Shown: piece by piece, positions 1 to 10,491 of the stretch | Layout: each line of letters begins with the position of its first letter | Position numbering within the stretch: position 1 is the first letter of the stretch | Assembly (NCBI GenBank): GCA_963841435.1 | Contig: CAWJCS010000006.1 | Location: forward strand, 864,001 to 928,000 | Reading direction: 5' to 3' | Origin: an uncultured delta proteobacterium | GTDB lineage: Bacteria > Myxococcota_A > Polyangia > Polyangiales > Polyangiaceae | Length of the DNA stretch: 64,000 nucleotides | The notes under the pieces: model-generated | The model's input: the letters and a program-made list of their open reading frames with translations, nothing else | Database searches by the model: none | Told to the model about the DNA's origin: nothing | Translations under genes and position numbers: made by a program

Positions 1-957
1 CCGAAGACGTACGCGGCGCCGCGCAGCGAATCTTCCCAATACGCACCGAGCAGCGCGCGGTCGGCCGCGAGCGAGACGGAGACGGCGAATTGGTCGCTGC
101 TTTCCCCGTCGCTCGCGGCAAGCTTCTGCTCCTCGGTCCAGCTGCCGCCGCTGCTCAAGAAAGCGTACGCCGCGCCGCGACCCGCGTCGTGGCCCGGGGC
201 CCCGACCAGGGCGAGCGCATCGGCCAGCGACACGGACCAGCCGAAGTCGTCACCCTCGACACCGTCGCTCGGAACGAGCCGCTGCTCCTCCGTCCAGCTG
301 CCGCCGTTCCCGGCAAAGACGTAGGCCGCACCGCGCGCGGCGTCCTTCGCGTAGGCCCCCACGACGGCGTGGTCGGCCGCGAGCGACACGGACCAGCCGA
401 AGTCGTCACCCTCGACACCGTCGCTCGCGACGAGCTTCTGCTGCTCCGTCCAGGTGCCGCCGCTTCGTACGAACACGTAAGCGGCACCGCGCGCCACGTC
501 GTTGCCGTAGGCACCCACGAGAGCACGAATCTTTGCTGATGGCCACGGACCAGCCGAAGTCGTCGCCCTCGGCACCATCGCTCGCGACGAGCTTCTGCTC
601 CTCGGTCCAGGTGCTGCCGTTCCTAACGAAGACGTAGGCCGCGCCTCGAGACGCGCTTTCGCCGAACGCCCCCAACAGGGCTCTCTCGTCGCCGACTGCC
701 ACGGAGTAGCCGACCTGGTCGAATTCGGCGGCGTCGCGCGAGACGAGCTTTTGCTCGGCCCCCCAGACCAGCGCATCCACGCTCCGGGCGTAGGTCTCAC
801 CCGCGTCGCCGCTCGGCACGGGCCCATCGCCGCCACCGGGCTCGAGCCGCGTGCCTCCCAGCCCTCCGCAACCGGACGCCACGATGGCGAGCGCACCGAC
901 GCCGAGGGGCTTGAAGACCGCCTCGAGCGTCGTGTTCCAAATGGCCTCGGTCGTCAT
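1..957 (-). pseudogene. FG-GAP (integrin-like) repeat lipoprotein, +1 frameshift near 528; runs off the window start
   Basis: ATG 957 with lipobox-like LAIVASGC. Repeated 'EQKLVASDG.EGDDFGWSV...ALVGA...RGAAYVF' units continue in a second frame below ~528. DNA repeat period is 156 then 157 bp. Confidence 0.8.
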
Positions 958-1546
958 CCGACTCCGGGACTCTCGCGGTGTCGTCGCCCGCGCTCGCGGT
1001 GAGCACCGCGGGCTCTCCGGCGGCCTAGCCGCGCCTTTTTGCGCGCCACGCGGCCGACGCGTGCGAGCGCGCGCCGGCCCGTGACGCAGAGCGACGCGGG
1101 GCGCCGACGCCCGCGACCGCGTCGTCGCGCGAACCGCCGTGGGTACGCTCGCACGCACGAAACGTCCCGTTCGCCGATGGCTCGTCGAGCACTGAGCAGA
1201 CCTACCGTTTTCCCCATGCGAACAAACGTCTGGATCGATCAAAAAAAACGCGCCCCATGACTTTTGTCTCGCGCGGCGACACGAGCGTGCTCTCCGCAGA
1301 CGAGCGCACGCCGTGATCTGCCGAATGTCCTATCGACGACGACCAGCGCCTGATCAATACTGATCGAAAGCTCGGGCTCCCTCTCCAACCAGTCTTCGTC
1401 GGCCGAACCGAAGCGCTGCCGGAAATGAGCCCTGCTTTCCGAAAACAGACCGCAAGCGATCGTGCACTCGATTCGATCGGAAACGCTGTCCCTACCATTC
1501 ACCGGACGGCCCTGGCGTCACCCACGCTCGCGAGAAAGCAGACGAA

Positions 1547-2755
1547 ATGAATTGGCTCAACGTGCTTCGTTCCGCGGCGGTCGCCGCCCTCGCCTTCGTG
1601 CTCTTGGCCTGCGATAAGGGCGCAGTGGAATCGGAGGTCGAGTCCGCCGCTCCGGCGGCGGAGCCGGTCAAGGTCGGCGTCATCGCCGCTTTCTCGGGTC
1701 CGTTCGCCGACTACGGTAAGAACATCGAAAACGGCATGCGGACCTACCTCAAGATGCATGGCGACACCTTTGCCAAAAGGAAGATCGAGCTCGTCCTGAG
1801 GGACACCACGGGCCCCTCTCCGGAAGTCGCCAAGCGCCTCGCGCAGGAGCTGATCGCGCGGGACAACGTCAACTTTTTGGCCGGCTTCGGCCTGACGCCC
1901 AATGCCATGGCCGTCGCCCCCATCGCGACGCAGGCGAAGAAGCCGATGATCGTCATGAACGCCGCGACCTCGGCCATCACCACCAAGTCACCCTACATCG
2001 CGCGCTTCTCGATGACCTTGCCGCAGGTCACGGCGCCGATGGCCGAGTGGGCGGCGAAGAACGGCATCAAGAAGGTGTACTCCCTCGTCGCCGACTACGC
2101 GCCGGGCATCGACGCCGAAGGGGCCTTCAAGAAGGCTTTCACGGCCGCCGGCGGCGAGGTCGTCAACTCGGTCCGCGTGCCGCTGACAAATCCGGAGTTT
2201 GCGCCGTTCTTGCAGCGCATCAAGGATTCCAAGCCCGAGGCCGTGTTCATCTTCTTGCCCGCGGGCGAGCTCGGCATCGCGTTCATGAAGGCGTTCAACG
2301 AGCGCGGGCTCGCCAAGGCCGGCATCAAGCTCATCGCAACCGGCGACCTCACGGACGATCACGTGCTCGCGGCCATGGGCGAGCCGACGCTCGGCCTCAT
2401 CACGACACACCAGTACTCCGCAGCGCACGACTCGCCCGAAAACAAGGCCTTCGTCAAAGCGTTCGGGGAGCTCACGGGAGGCCAGCGCCCGAACTTCATG
2501 GCCGTCGGCGGTTACGACGGCATGGCGGCGATCGCCAAGATCGTCACGAAGCTCGAGACAAAGATCGACGGGGACAAGGCAATGGAGATCCTCAAGGGCA
2601 TGAAGCTCGCGAGCCCGCGGGGCCCGATCACGATCGACCCCGAAACTCGCGACATCGTTCAGACCGTCTACGTGCGACGCGTGCAAGCGGTCGGCAACGA
2701 GCTTTACAACATCGAGTTCGAAGAGTTCCCGAACGTCAAAGACCCGGGGAAGTAG
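1547..2755 (+). CDS. ABC transporter substrate-binding lipoprotein, Leu/Ile/Val-type (aromatic-acid-binding-like)
   Basis: Lipobox VLLAC; 'VKVGVIAAFSGPFADYG', 'YAPGIDAEGAF', 'SPRGPITIDPETRDIVQTVY'. Confidence 0.92.
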   Translation: MNWLNVLRSAAVAALAFVLLACDKGAVESEVESAAPAAEPVKVGVIAAFSGPFADYGKNIENGMRTYLKMHGDTFAKRKIELVLRDTTGPSPEVAKRLAQELIARDNVNFLAGFGLTPNAMAVAPIATQAKKPMIVMNAATSAITTKSPYIARFSMTLPQVTAPMAEWAAKNGIKKVYSLVADYAPGIDAEGAFKKAFTAAGGEVVNSVRVPLTNPEFAPFLQRIKDSKPEAVFIFLPAGELGIAFMKAFNERGLAKAGIKLIATGDLTDDHVLAAMGEPTLGLITTHQYSAAHDSPENKAFVKAFGELTGGQRPNFMAVGGYDGMAAIAKIVTKLETKIDGDKAMEILKGMKLASPRGPITIDPETRDIVQTVYVRRVQAVGNELYNIEFEEFPNVKDPGK

Positions 2756-2769
2756 GCGGATTTTGCGCC

Positions 2770-3645
2770 GTGGCGGCCGTGATCGCTAATTTCTTCGGCG
2801 TCGTCTTCGACGGTATCGCTTACGGCGGCCTGCTCTTTGTCATCAGCGTCGGGCTGTCGGTCACGCTGGGTCTGATGAACTTCGTGAACCTCGCGCACGG
2901 AGCTTTCGCCATGCTAGGCGGCTACGTCTGCGTCGTCGCCATGTTGCGCCTAGGCGTGCCGTTCCTCCTGACGCTCCCGCTCGCATTCTTCGCGTCGGCA
3001 GCTGCGGGCGTCGTGCTCGAGAGGACGCTCTACCGGCGCCTCTACAAGGCGAGCCATCTCGATCAGGTGTTGTTCAGCATCGGGGTGACCTTCATGGCCG
3101 TCGCGACCACGAGCTACTTCTTCGGCCCGGCGCAGCAACCGGTTCACCTGCCCGCGTGGCTGCAAGGACAGTGGCACGTGCTCGGCCTCGACCTCGGCGT
3201 CTACCGGCTCTTTTTGATAGCCGTCGTCCTGGTCGTCACGGCGGGGCTCGGCTATCTCGTGCAGCGCACGCGCTTCGGCGCCCAGGTGCGCGCCGCCGTC
3301 GACAATCAAGACGTGGCCGCGGGCGTCGGGATCAACGTGAACCGTGTCTTCACGCTGACGTTCGCGCTCGGCTCGGGGCTTGCGGGGCTCGGCGGCGCCC
3401 TCGGCATCGACGTTTTGGGGCTCGACCCCACGTTCCCGCTCAAATATCTCGTCTATTTCCTGCTCGTCGTGAGCGTGGGCGGGGCCGGCACCATCAAGGG
3501 GCCGCTCGTGGCGGCGCTCGTGCTCGGTGTGCTCGACGTCACGGGCAAATATTACGTGCCAGAGGTCGGCGCGTTCGCGATTTACGTGGCGATGGTCGTG
3601 CTCCTGATTGCTTTCCCCGCGGGCTTGTATGGGCGACGCGCATGA
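2770..3645 (+). CDS. livH: branched-chain-type ABC permease (LivH-like)
   Basis: 'GLMNFVNLAHGAFAMLGGY', 'RTRFGAQVRAAVDN', multiple TM helices; GTG start 2770 or 2779. Confidence 0.88.
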   Translation: MAAVIANFFGVVFDGIAYGGLLFVISVGLSVTLGLMNFVNLAHGAFAMLGGYVCVVAMLRLGVPFLLTLPLAFFASAAAGVVLERTLYRRLYKASHLDQVLFSIGVTFMAVATTSYFFGPAQQPVHLPAWLQGQWHVLGLDLGVYRLFLIAVVLVVTAGLGYLVQRTRFGAQVRAAVDNQDVAAGVGINVNRVFTLTFALGSGLAGLGGALGIDVLGLDPTFPLKYLVYFLLVVSVGGAGTIKGPLVAALVLGVLDVTGKYYVPEVGAFAIYVAMVVLLIAFPAGLYGRRA

Positions 3646-4649
3646 CCGAAGAAGCAATGACGGCTGCGCCGTTGCGCACGAGCATCGAGCTCGGCCTGCC
3701 GCACGGCCGCTGGCACAAGGCCGAAGTCGCCTTCTGGCTCGTGCCGCTCGCCGTCTACTTCCTTTTGCCCGGCTATCTCGTGCTCGGTAGTCAGATCCTG
3801 ATCACGGCGCTGTTCGCGCTTTCGCTCGACCTCGTGCTCGGCTACGCGGGCATTCTTTCGCTCGGACACGCTGCCTTCTTCGGTGCGGGGGCATACACCG
3901 CGGGGCTGCTCGCCGTGCACGGGTGGAGCGAGCCGCTCACCGGGCTCGTCGTGGCCGGCGCCGTGGCGGCGGCGCTCGGTTTCGTGGCAGCCGTGCTCGT
4001 CGTCAGGGCCGAGGATCTCGCGAGGCTCATGCTCACGCTCGGCATCGGGCTCGTGCTGTACGAGGCGGCAAATCAGGCGGCAGCCGTGACGGGTGGCGTC
4101 GACGGCCTCGGCGGCGTCGCGATGGGCAAGCTGCTCGGCACGTTCGAGTTCGGCTTCGAGGGCAGGACCGCTTTCGTCTACAGCCTCGTGGTGCTGCTCG
4201 CGATTTTCTTGCTCGTCCGGCGGCTCGTGCATTCACCGTTCGGGCTCGCGCTGCGAGGCCTGCGCGAAGGCGCGCGGCGCCTCCCCGCGATCGGTGTGTC
4301 GGTGCGGCGCCTGCAGGTGTCCGCGTTCACGCTGGGAGCGGGCATTGCCGGCATCGCCGGCGCGCTGCTGGCCCAGACGACCGAGTTCGTGAGTCTCGAC
4401 GTGCTCTCCTTCCCGCGTTCGGCGGAGCTCTTGATCATGCTGGTGCTGGGAGGCACGGGGCGCCTGTACGGTGCGCTGATCGGCACGGCCGTCTTCATGG
4501 TCGCACGAGACCTGCTTTCCCGGCTGAGCCACGAGTACTGGCTGTTCTGGATCGGGCTCTTGCTCGTCGTGGTCGTGCTCGTGGCACGGGGAGGAATCAT
4601 GGGGGGCCTCGTGCGCTTGGGGGCGCACCTCGGCAGGAAAGGCGCATGA
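3642..4649 (+). CDS. livM: branched-chain-type ABC permease (LivM-like)
   Basis: 'LDLVLGYAGILSLGHAAFFGAGAY', 'SPFGLALRGLRE'; ATGA overlap with upstream gene. Confidence 0.88.
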   Translation: MTEEAMTAAPLRTSIELGLPHGRWHKAEVAFWLVPLAVYFLLPGYLVLGSQILITALFALSLDLVLGYAGILSLGHAAFFGAGAYTAGLLAVHGWSEPLTGLVVAGAVAAALGFVAAVLVVRAEDLARLMLTLGIGLVLYEAANQAAAVTGGVDGLGGVAMGKLLGTFEFGFEGRTAFVYSLVVLLAIFLLVRRLVHSPFGLALRGLREGARRLPAIGVSVRRLQVSAFTLGAGIAGIAGALLAQTTEFVSLDVLSFPRSAELLIMLVLGGTGRLYGALIGTAVFMVARDLLSRLSHEYWLFWIGLLLVVVVLVARGGIMGGLVRLGAHLGRKGA

Positions 4650-5398
4650 CTGACGTGCTGCGCGCTCGCGCGCTATCCAAGCGCTTCAGCGGCTTCGTCG
4701 CCAACGACGGCGTCGATCTTCGCCTGCCCCGCGGCGCGCGCCACGCCCTGATCGGCCCGAACGGCGCGGGTAAGACCACCCTCATCAATCTGCTCACGGG
4801 CGGCCTCGCACCGACGGCGGGGGACGTGTTTCTCGGCGAGGAGCGCGTCACCGGGCTGTCGCAGCACGAACGCGTGAAGCGCGGGTTGACCCGCACGTTC
4901 CAGATCAACACCTTGTTTCCAGGGCTCACCGTGCTCGAGTCGGTCGTGCTCGCGATCTGCGAGCGGCAGGGGCTGACGCGCGTCTGGCACCAGACCGTGG
5001 CACGGCAGCACGAGGCGATCGCAGAGGCGCGCGAGCTGCTGCGTGAACTGGAGCTCTCGAGCGAGGCCGACGCAGTCACGGGACGGCTCGCCTACGGCAA
5101 GCAGCGCCTCGTGGAGATCGCGCTCGCGCTCGCGACGCGGCCCAGCGTCTTGCTTTTGGACGAACCGGCGGCGGGCATCCCGTCGGAAGCAAGCCGCGAG
5201 CTCTTCGGCGTGCTCGAGCGACTCCCACCCGACGTCAGCGTCCTTTTGATCGAGCACGACATGGACATCGTGTTTCGCTTCGCCGAGCACATCACCGTGC
5301 TCGCGAATGGCAAGGTGCTGGCCGCGGGCCCGCCCGAAGCCATCGCCGCCGATCCGCGCGTCCGCGAAGTCTATCTCGGGGAGGCCGAGCATGACTGA
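4646..5398 (+). CDS. livG: ABC ATP-binding protein (LivG-like)
   Basis: Walker A GPNGAGKTT, LLLDEPAAG, IEHDM, 'DPRVREVYLG'. Confidence 0.9.
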   Translation: MTDVLRARALSKRFSGFVANDGVDLRLPRGARHALIGPNGAGKTTLINLLTGGLAPTAGDVFLGEERVTGLSQHERVKRGLTRTFQINTLFPGLTVLESVVLAICERQGLTRVWHQTVARQHEAIAEARELLRELELSSEADAVTGRLAYGKQRLVEIALALATRPSVLLLDEPAAGIPSEASRELFGVLERLPPDVSVLLIEHDMDIVFRFAEHITVLANGKVLAAGPPEAIAADPRVREVYLGEAEHD

Positions 5399-6092
5399 GC
5401 TGCTCGCGCTCGACGGCGTGACGGCCGGTTATGGCCACGCCATCGTGATCGAGGACGCTTGCCTTTCGCTCGAGAAAGGGCAGAGCCTGGCCGTTCTCGG
5501 GCGCAACGGCGTGGGGAAGACGACGCTGCTGCGGACGCTCATGGGGCTCACGAGGCTGCACGCCGGGACCATCCGCTGGTGCGGCGGGGATCTCGGAGCA
5601 ACGCCGACATACGCGCGCGCCGAGCTCGGCTTCGGTTGGGTACCACAGGAGCGGGGTATGTTTCCCTCGCTCACGGTCGAAGAGCACCTCACGGCGGTCG
5701 CGCGCCCGGGCGAGTGGACCGCCGAGCGCGTGCTCGACCTCTTTCCGTCGCTCGCGGCGCGCCGCCGGCACCTCGGAAATCGGCTTTCGGGGGGCGAGCA
5801 GCAGATGCTCGCGATGGGCCGCGCGCTCGTGCTCAATCCCCGCTTGCTCTTGCTCGACGAGCCCATGGAGGGGCTCGCGCCCATCGTCGTCAAAGACATC
5901 GTGCGCATCGTTCGCGAGCTCGTTTCCGACGCGGCAATGGCCGTAATCCTGGTCGAGCAGCACGCGCGTCTCGCGCTCTCGCTCACGGAGAGCGCCGTCG
6001 TGCTCGAGCGAGGGCGCATTGCACATCGCTCGCGGAGCGCCGAGCTCTCGAACGACCCCGAGCGGCTGCGGCGCTTGGCCGCCGTGGGGTAG
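5391..6092 (+). CDS. livF: ABC ATP-binding protein (LivF-like)
   Basis: Walker A GRNGVGKTT, LSGGEQQM signature, LLLDEP. Confidence 0.9.
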   Translation: MTELLALDGVTAGYGHAIVIEDACLSLEKGQSLAVLGRNGVGKTTLLRTLMGLTRLHAGTIRWCGGDLGATPTYARAELGFGWVPQERGMFPSLTVEEHLTAVARPGEWTAERVLDLFPSLAARRRHLGNRLSGGEQQMLAMGRALVLNPRLLLLDEPMEGLAPIVVKDIVRIVRELVSDAAMAVILVEQHARLALSLTESAVVLERGRIAHRSRSAELSNDPERLRRLAAVG

Positions 6093-6292
6093 CCCCCAGG
6101 CGAGCCCGTCTCCACTCCCTCGCTGGCCGCGGGGTGCGACGTTGATCCCTCTCGTCATCGGAGTTCGGGGCTCACACAAAAATGACGGGCATGCCCGAAC
6201 GCGACGCGGAAAGAAAACCTCATTTCTTGATCGATTCGAGGCAACGCTCGCATGGGAAAGGCAGGGGCTCTCCGCCCCGCGGCTGATCAGCG

Positions 6293-7528
6293 ATGACTCG
6301 ACGAAGGATCGTAGCGGCTAGCATGGTTGGCCTCGCAGTGGCGCCATTCTTCGCGTGCACGAGCTCGACGAGTGACGAGGGTTCGAGCGCTGGGGCCGGC
6401 GCCCTGCCATCCGCTGGAACGAGCGGCGGCATGCTCGCCGGCAGCTCCGGCAGTCCGACAGGCGGCACCGCAGGCGCGACGACCGGCGGCACGGGCGGGA
6501 CCGCCGCGGGCGCGGGCGCCGCGGGCACACTGGAAGGCGGAGGTTCCGGTGGCACGGATGCGGGAGCCGGAGGCGCGCTCGGTGGCGGAGGCGCGGGCGC
6601 CGCCGGTGCCGGGTCAGGAGGCGTCGGCGGCACAGGCGCGGGTGCGGCCGCGGGGACCGCGGGCGCGGCAGGTTCCGCGGGAGCGGCGGCGCAGGCGGGA
6701 GCAGGCGGAGCGAGCGGCGGGGGAAGCGGCGGCATGGCCGGCTCGGACGGAGGCGGCCCGTGTCCTTCGACGGGGACGCTCAAAGCCGGCGACCAGACGC
6801 TGATGCTCACCGTGGACGGGAACGATCGCTCCTTCCTCGTTCACGCGCCTCCTTCGTACGACGGCACGACACGCCTGCCGGTCGTCTTCGATTTCCACGG
6901 GCTCGGCGGCAACGCGAACCAGCAAAAAAGCCTGTCGGGTTGGGCGTCGCTCGGGGATACCGAAGGTTTCATCACGGTGTTTCCGCAAGGGCTCGGCAGC
7001 ACTCCCGGATGGAACGCGGGCGGGTGCTGCACGACCGTCGCCGACGACGTCGCCTTCGTGAGGGCCATGATCACGGAGCTGGAAAGCAAGGCGTGCATCG
7101 ACACCAAGCGCATTCACGCCACGGGCTGCTCGAACGGCGGAGCCATGTCGTTCATGCTGGCGTGCAATGCGGCCGACGTGATCGCTTCCGTGGCACCAGT
7201 CGACTTCGATTGCGTCGTCGGCGGCAGGTGCGCCCAGTGCGATCCCGGCCGGCCCATTACGGAAATTCAGTTCCGTGCCACCCAGGACCAGGCCGTGGAC
7301 TACTCGGGGGCCGAGCCGAATTTTCAGACGTGGGGAGGGATCAACATGTGCTCCGGCACGGCGGAGCCGCTATCGACCAACATGGCGTGCGAGACCTATC
7401 CGATGTGCGGGTCCGGCGAGGAAACCATCCTTTGCACCGTGCAGGACGGCACCCACTGCGCCAACTACCGGACGTTCATGATCCCCCAGGTTGCCTGGCC
7501 CGTCCTCAAACGCCATCCGCTGCCGTAG
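6293..7528 (+). CDS. lipoprotein with Gly-rich linker and PHB-depolymerase/CE1-like (LpqC-like) esterase domain
   Basis: Lipobox PFFAC, ~130 aa Gly/Ala linker, 'PVVFDFHGLGG', 'WNAGGCC', nucleophile motif GCSNGG. Confidence 0.85.
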   Translation: MTRRRIVAASMVGLAVAPFFACTSSTSDEGSSAGAGALPSAGTSGGMLAGSSGSPTGGTAGATTGGTGGTAAGAGAAGTLEGGGSGGTDAGAGGALGGGGAGAAGAGSGGVGGTGAGAAAGTAGAAGSAGAAAQAGAGGASGGGSGGMAGSDGGGPCPSTGTLKAGDQTLMLTVDGNDRSFLVHAPPSYDGTTRLPVVFDFHGLGGNANQQKSLSGWASLGDTEGFITVFPQGLGSTPGWNAGGCCTTVADDVAFVRAMITELESKACIDTKRIHATGCSNGGAMSFMLACNAADVIASVAPVDFDCVVGGRCAQCDPGRPITEIQFRATQDQAVDYSGAEPNFQTWGGINMCSGTAEPLSTNMACETYPMCGSGEETILCTVQDGTHCANYRTFMIPQVAWPVLKRHPLP

Positions 7529-7625
7529 GCTCAGAGCGAGCTCTCGACGAGGTGCTCGAGAAACCCAATGACACTTCCCCTATGTCGAGGCGACTCTCCA
7601 AGCGGCACGTCCGGAGGCGGCGACG

Positions 7626-8921
7626 ATGTCAGGTCGCCGTAAACACGGCTCGGTGGCCCGAGCACTCGCAACGGCGGCGGCGGTCTTCGTCCCGCCGGCA
7701 GCCCTGTCCTGTGCGTCTTCGGACGAACCCGGCACGGCGAGCTCGAGCGGTAAAAGCGGCGCTGGCGACGGCGGTGCAAGCAGTGGGGTCGCCGGGAGCG
7801 CCGGCACGCCCGCGGGATCCGGAGGGCAGGCAGCGGCAGGCGGCATCGCAGGCTCGATGTCGCTCGCCGGCGGCGGCGGCGCGGGCACGGCGGGCGCGCA
7901 AGGTGCAACGGGCGGCGCAGCCGCGTCCGCCGGCATGGCAGGCAGCGACGCGGGCGGCGTTGGTCTCTCGGGTGCGGCAGGCGCGAGCGGTGCGGCCGGT
8001 GCGGCGGGCGACGGCGGGAGCGCCGGTGCGGGCGGGGACGCTGGTTCGGGCGGCGCTTCGATGGCCGGCGCGGCCGGCGCGGGCGGCTCCGCTCCCGTGT
8101 CGTGTCCCACGACCGTGACGGCAACCCCGGGCGAAACGACGAAGACCGTCATGGTAGGCGGCATGGCGCGGACCTACGTCGAGCATGTTCCAACGGGCTA
8201 TACCGGCAAGACCCCCGTCCCCGTCGTGATCGACTTTCATCCGCTAGGCGGCACGGGCGCGACCTGGAAGGGCTCCACCGACTGGGGGAACCTCGCCGAC
8301 ACGCAGGGATTCATCGTGATCTGGCCCGACGGGATCGGCAACTCGTGGCACGTCGGGCGCTGCTGCTCGACGGCGCAAAGCCAGAACGTGGACGACGTCG
8401 CGTTCACGAGGGCGATGATCGGCGCGCTCCGGTCGGAAGCCTGCATCGACGACAAGCGCATCTACGCCACGGGCTGCTCCAACGGCGGCGGGATGGCCTA
8501 CAAGGTGGCATGCGACGCGGCCGACGTGATCGCAGCCGTGGCTCCCGTGGATTTCGACTGCGTCACGGGAGACACGGCCGACCCGTCCTGCGGCAGCTGC
8601 ACGCCGGCGCGACCCATCTCGGAAATTCAATTCCGCGGCACGAACGACACCGCGGTGCCGTACGGGGGCGGCAGCGGGCCGGCGGGCACCGTGTTCCCGG
8701 GCGCCGAGGATAACTTCTCGGAGTGGGGCGCCATCAACATGTGCATGGGCGCCGCGCAGCCGGTCGCGGGGCACACGGGCTGCGAGGCGCGCGGCGAGTG
8801 CAACGGCGACGTTGACACCGTGCTCTGCACCGTTCAGAACGGGACCCACTGCGGCAACTACCGCACGTTCGACATCGTGAACGTCGCCTGGGAGATGTTC
8901 CAGAGGGAGTCCCTCCCATAG
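7626..8921 (+). CDS. paralogous lipoprotein esterase (PHB depolymerase/CE1-like)
   Basis: Lipobox ALSC, Gly linker, 'PVVIDFHPLGG', GCSNGG; 'AADVIAAVAPVDFDCV' nearly identical to the upstream gene. Confidence 0.85.
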   Translation: MSGRRKHGSVARALATAAAVFVPPAALSCASSDEPGTASSSGKSGAGDGGASSGVAGSAGTPAGSGGQAAAGGIAGSMSLAGGGGAGTAGAQGATGGAAASAGMAGSDAGGVGLSGAAGASGAAGAAGDGGSAGAGGDAGSGGASMAGAAGAGGSAPVSCPTTVTATPGETTKTVMVGGMARTYVEHVPTGYTGKTPVPVVIDFHPLGGTGATWKGSTDWGNLADTQGFIVIWPDGIGNSWHVGRCCSTAQSQNVDDVAFTRAMIGALRSEACIDDKRIYATGCSNGGGMAYKVACDAADVIAAVAPVDFDCVTGDTADPSCGSCTPARPISEIQFRGTNDTAVPYGGGSGPAGTVFPGAEDNFSEWGAINMCMGAAQPVAGHTGCEARGECNGDVDTVLCTVQNGTHCGNYRTFDIVNVAWEMFQRESLP

Positions 8922-8949
8922 TCGTGTGTCCGCGTGTGCTCTCGTGCTC

Positions 8950-9140
8950 GACACCTCGCTCCATCGCCTGGGCATCGAGCACGCGGTAGTCGGCGTTTTC
9001 GATACCGAGCTCCGCCCCCCGCTTTCGTGTCGCCTCGACCAAGGCGGGGGAAAGATTGGCCGCGAAGCCACCAACAAGGCCGCGCGCTCTGCAAACCAGC
9101 TTTGCGCTGGGCCGTCCCAGGCCGCGCGTATCTCGGCGGT
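8950..9140 (-). pseudogene. degraded class I SAM-methyltransferase fragment
   Basis: Minus-strand pieces 'EIRAAWDGPAQSWFAERAALLVASRPI' and 'LSPALVEATRKRGAELGIENADYRVLDAQAM' in different frames. Confidence 0.45.
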
Positions 9141-9233
9141 GGCTTTGGCTCCGCGAGGCGGTGGCTCGGGCTCGAAAGGCCGCTCGGGCCGAAAGGTGAG
9201 CGCGAGGTGGGGTCCCGTGCCTCTTACCAAACG

Positions 9234-10480
9234 ATGCGTGCGCTGCAGTCGGTCGTGGGGTTCTTCGCGTTGGCGGCGAGCGCTTGTGCGTCGGGCAACT
9301 CGGCGCCCTCCGGAAGCGGGGGCGCGCCGAACCTCGGCGGCACGTCGGCGCTCGGAGGAACGGCGGGGTCAACCGCGGGGCTCGGCGGCTCGGGCGGCGC
9401 CAGTGGCTCGCTGAACCCTGGTGGCGCGGCCGGCATGGGCGCTGCGGCAGGGGCGACGGGCGGCGTGAGCGGCACTGGCGGGCGGGGTGGCGCGGCCGGC
9501 AGCGGTGCGGCAATCGGTGGCAGCGGCGACCTGGGTGGTCGCGCGGGCTCGGGGGAGGCGGAGGCGGTGTGGGCGGGGCGGGTGCCGCGGGTGAAGGTGG
9601 GACGGTCTCGGGCGGCGCGGGTGCGGGCGGTGCGGGTGGTGCGGGTGCGGGCGGCGGCGCGGGTGCGGGCGGCGCGGGTGCGGGCGGCGCGGGTGCGGGC
9701 GGCGGCGCGGGTGCGGGCGGTGCCATGCAGAGCGCGGGGTGTGGCAAGACGCCGACGCTGAAGAACAGCACGACCAATTCCAACGCGAGCCCCAACACGC
9801 TTTCCGTTTCCGGAACCAGCCGCGAGTACGCCATTCGCTGGCCATCGAGCTACGACGACTCCCACCCTTACCGGCTCATTCTCGACCTGCACGGATACGG
9901 CGGTTCCTACAAGGAAACGGCGGGTGAGGATTACTTCGGGCTCTGGGCGCCCTCGAACAACACGACGATCTTCATCGCGCTGTCGGCCACCGGCGGCGAT
10001 TGGCGAACCGGCGACAATCTGGCGTACGTTAACGCGGTGCTCGATGCCGTGGAGTCGGAGCTCTGCATCGACACGTCGCGGGTCATGCTGGAGGGGTTCA
10101 GCCAGGGTGCCGCGGAGACGTGGCAGCTCGTTTGCTCGCGCCCGGGCGTGTTTCGAGCGGCGGTGGGCCACTCGGGTGGCGGCGTCACCAATCCCATGAG
10201 CTGCGAGCCGATCCCCTACCTCGGCTCCGGCGGCCTGCAGGAGAGCGTCACGCAAACCACCCAGACCGATCAGTTCGCGAGGTGGAACGGCTGCACGGTC
10301 ACGTCCCTGCCCACGGCTCCGAACGGGGGCCACGTGTGCACGGACTACACCGGCTGCCCCGCGACGGCTCCCGTCCGCTGGTGCAACTACGACGGCCCGC
10401 ATACCCCCCTGCCCACGGATTCCGGCATGGGCTCGTCGTGGATGCCGTCGGAGACGTGGCCCTTCTTCAGCGCGTTCTGA
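9234..10480 (+). pseudogene. lipoprotein esterase (CE1/feruloyl esterase-like), -1 frameshift in G5 run at 9551-9555
   Basis: Signal 'MRALQSVVGFFALAASAC' in one frame. Linker plus catalytic domain ('YRLILDLHGYGG', GFSQG, 'VRWCNYDGPH', 'TWPFFSAF') in another; adding one G joins them. Confidence 0.8.
9610..9722 (+). repeat. tandem GCGGGTGCGGGCGGC-type repeats encoding (GAGAG)n linker
   Basis: Directly visible 15-18 bp tandem units. Confidence 0.8.
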
Positions 10481-10491
10481 GCCCTACGCCT

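Noticed and set aside
231-600. CRISPR-like regularly spaced repeats
   Set aside because: The 156-bp period equals a 52-aa protein repeat, the spacers are mutually similar and no cas genes are present.
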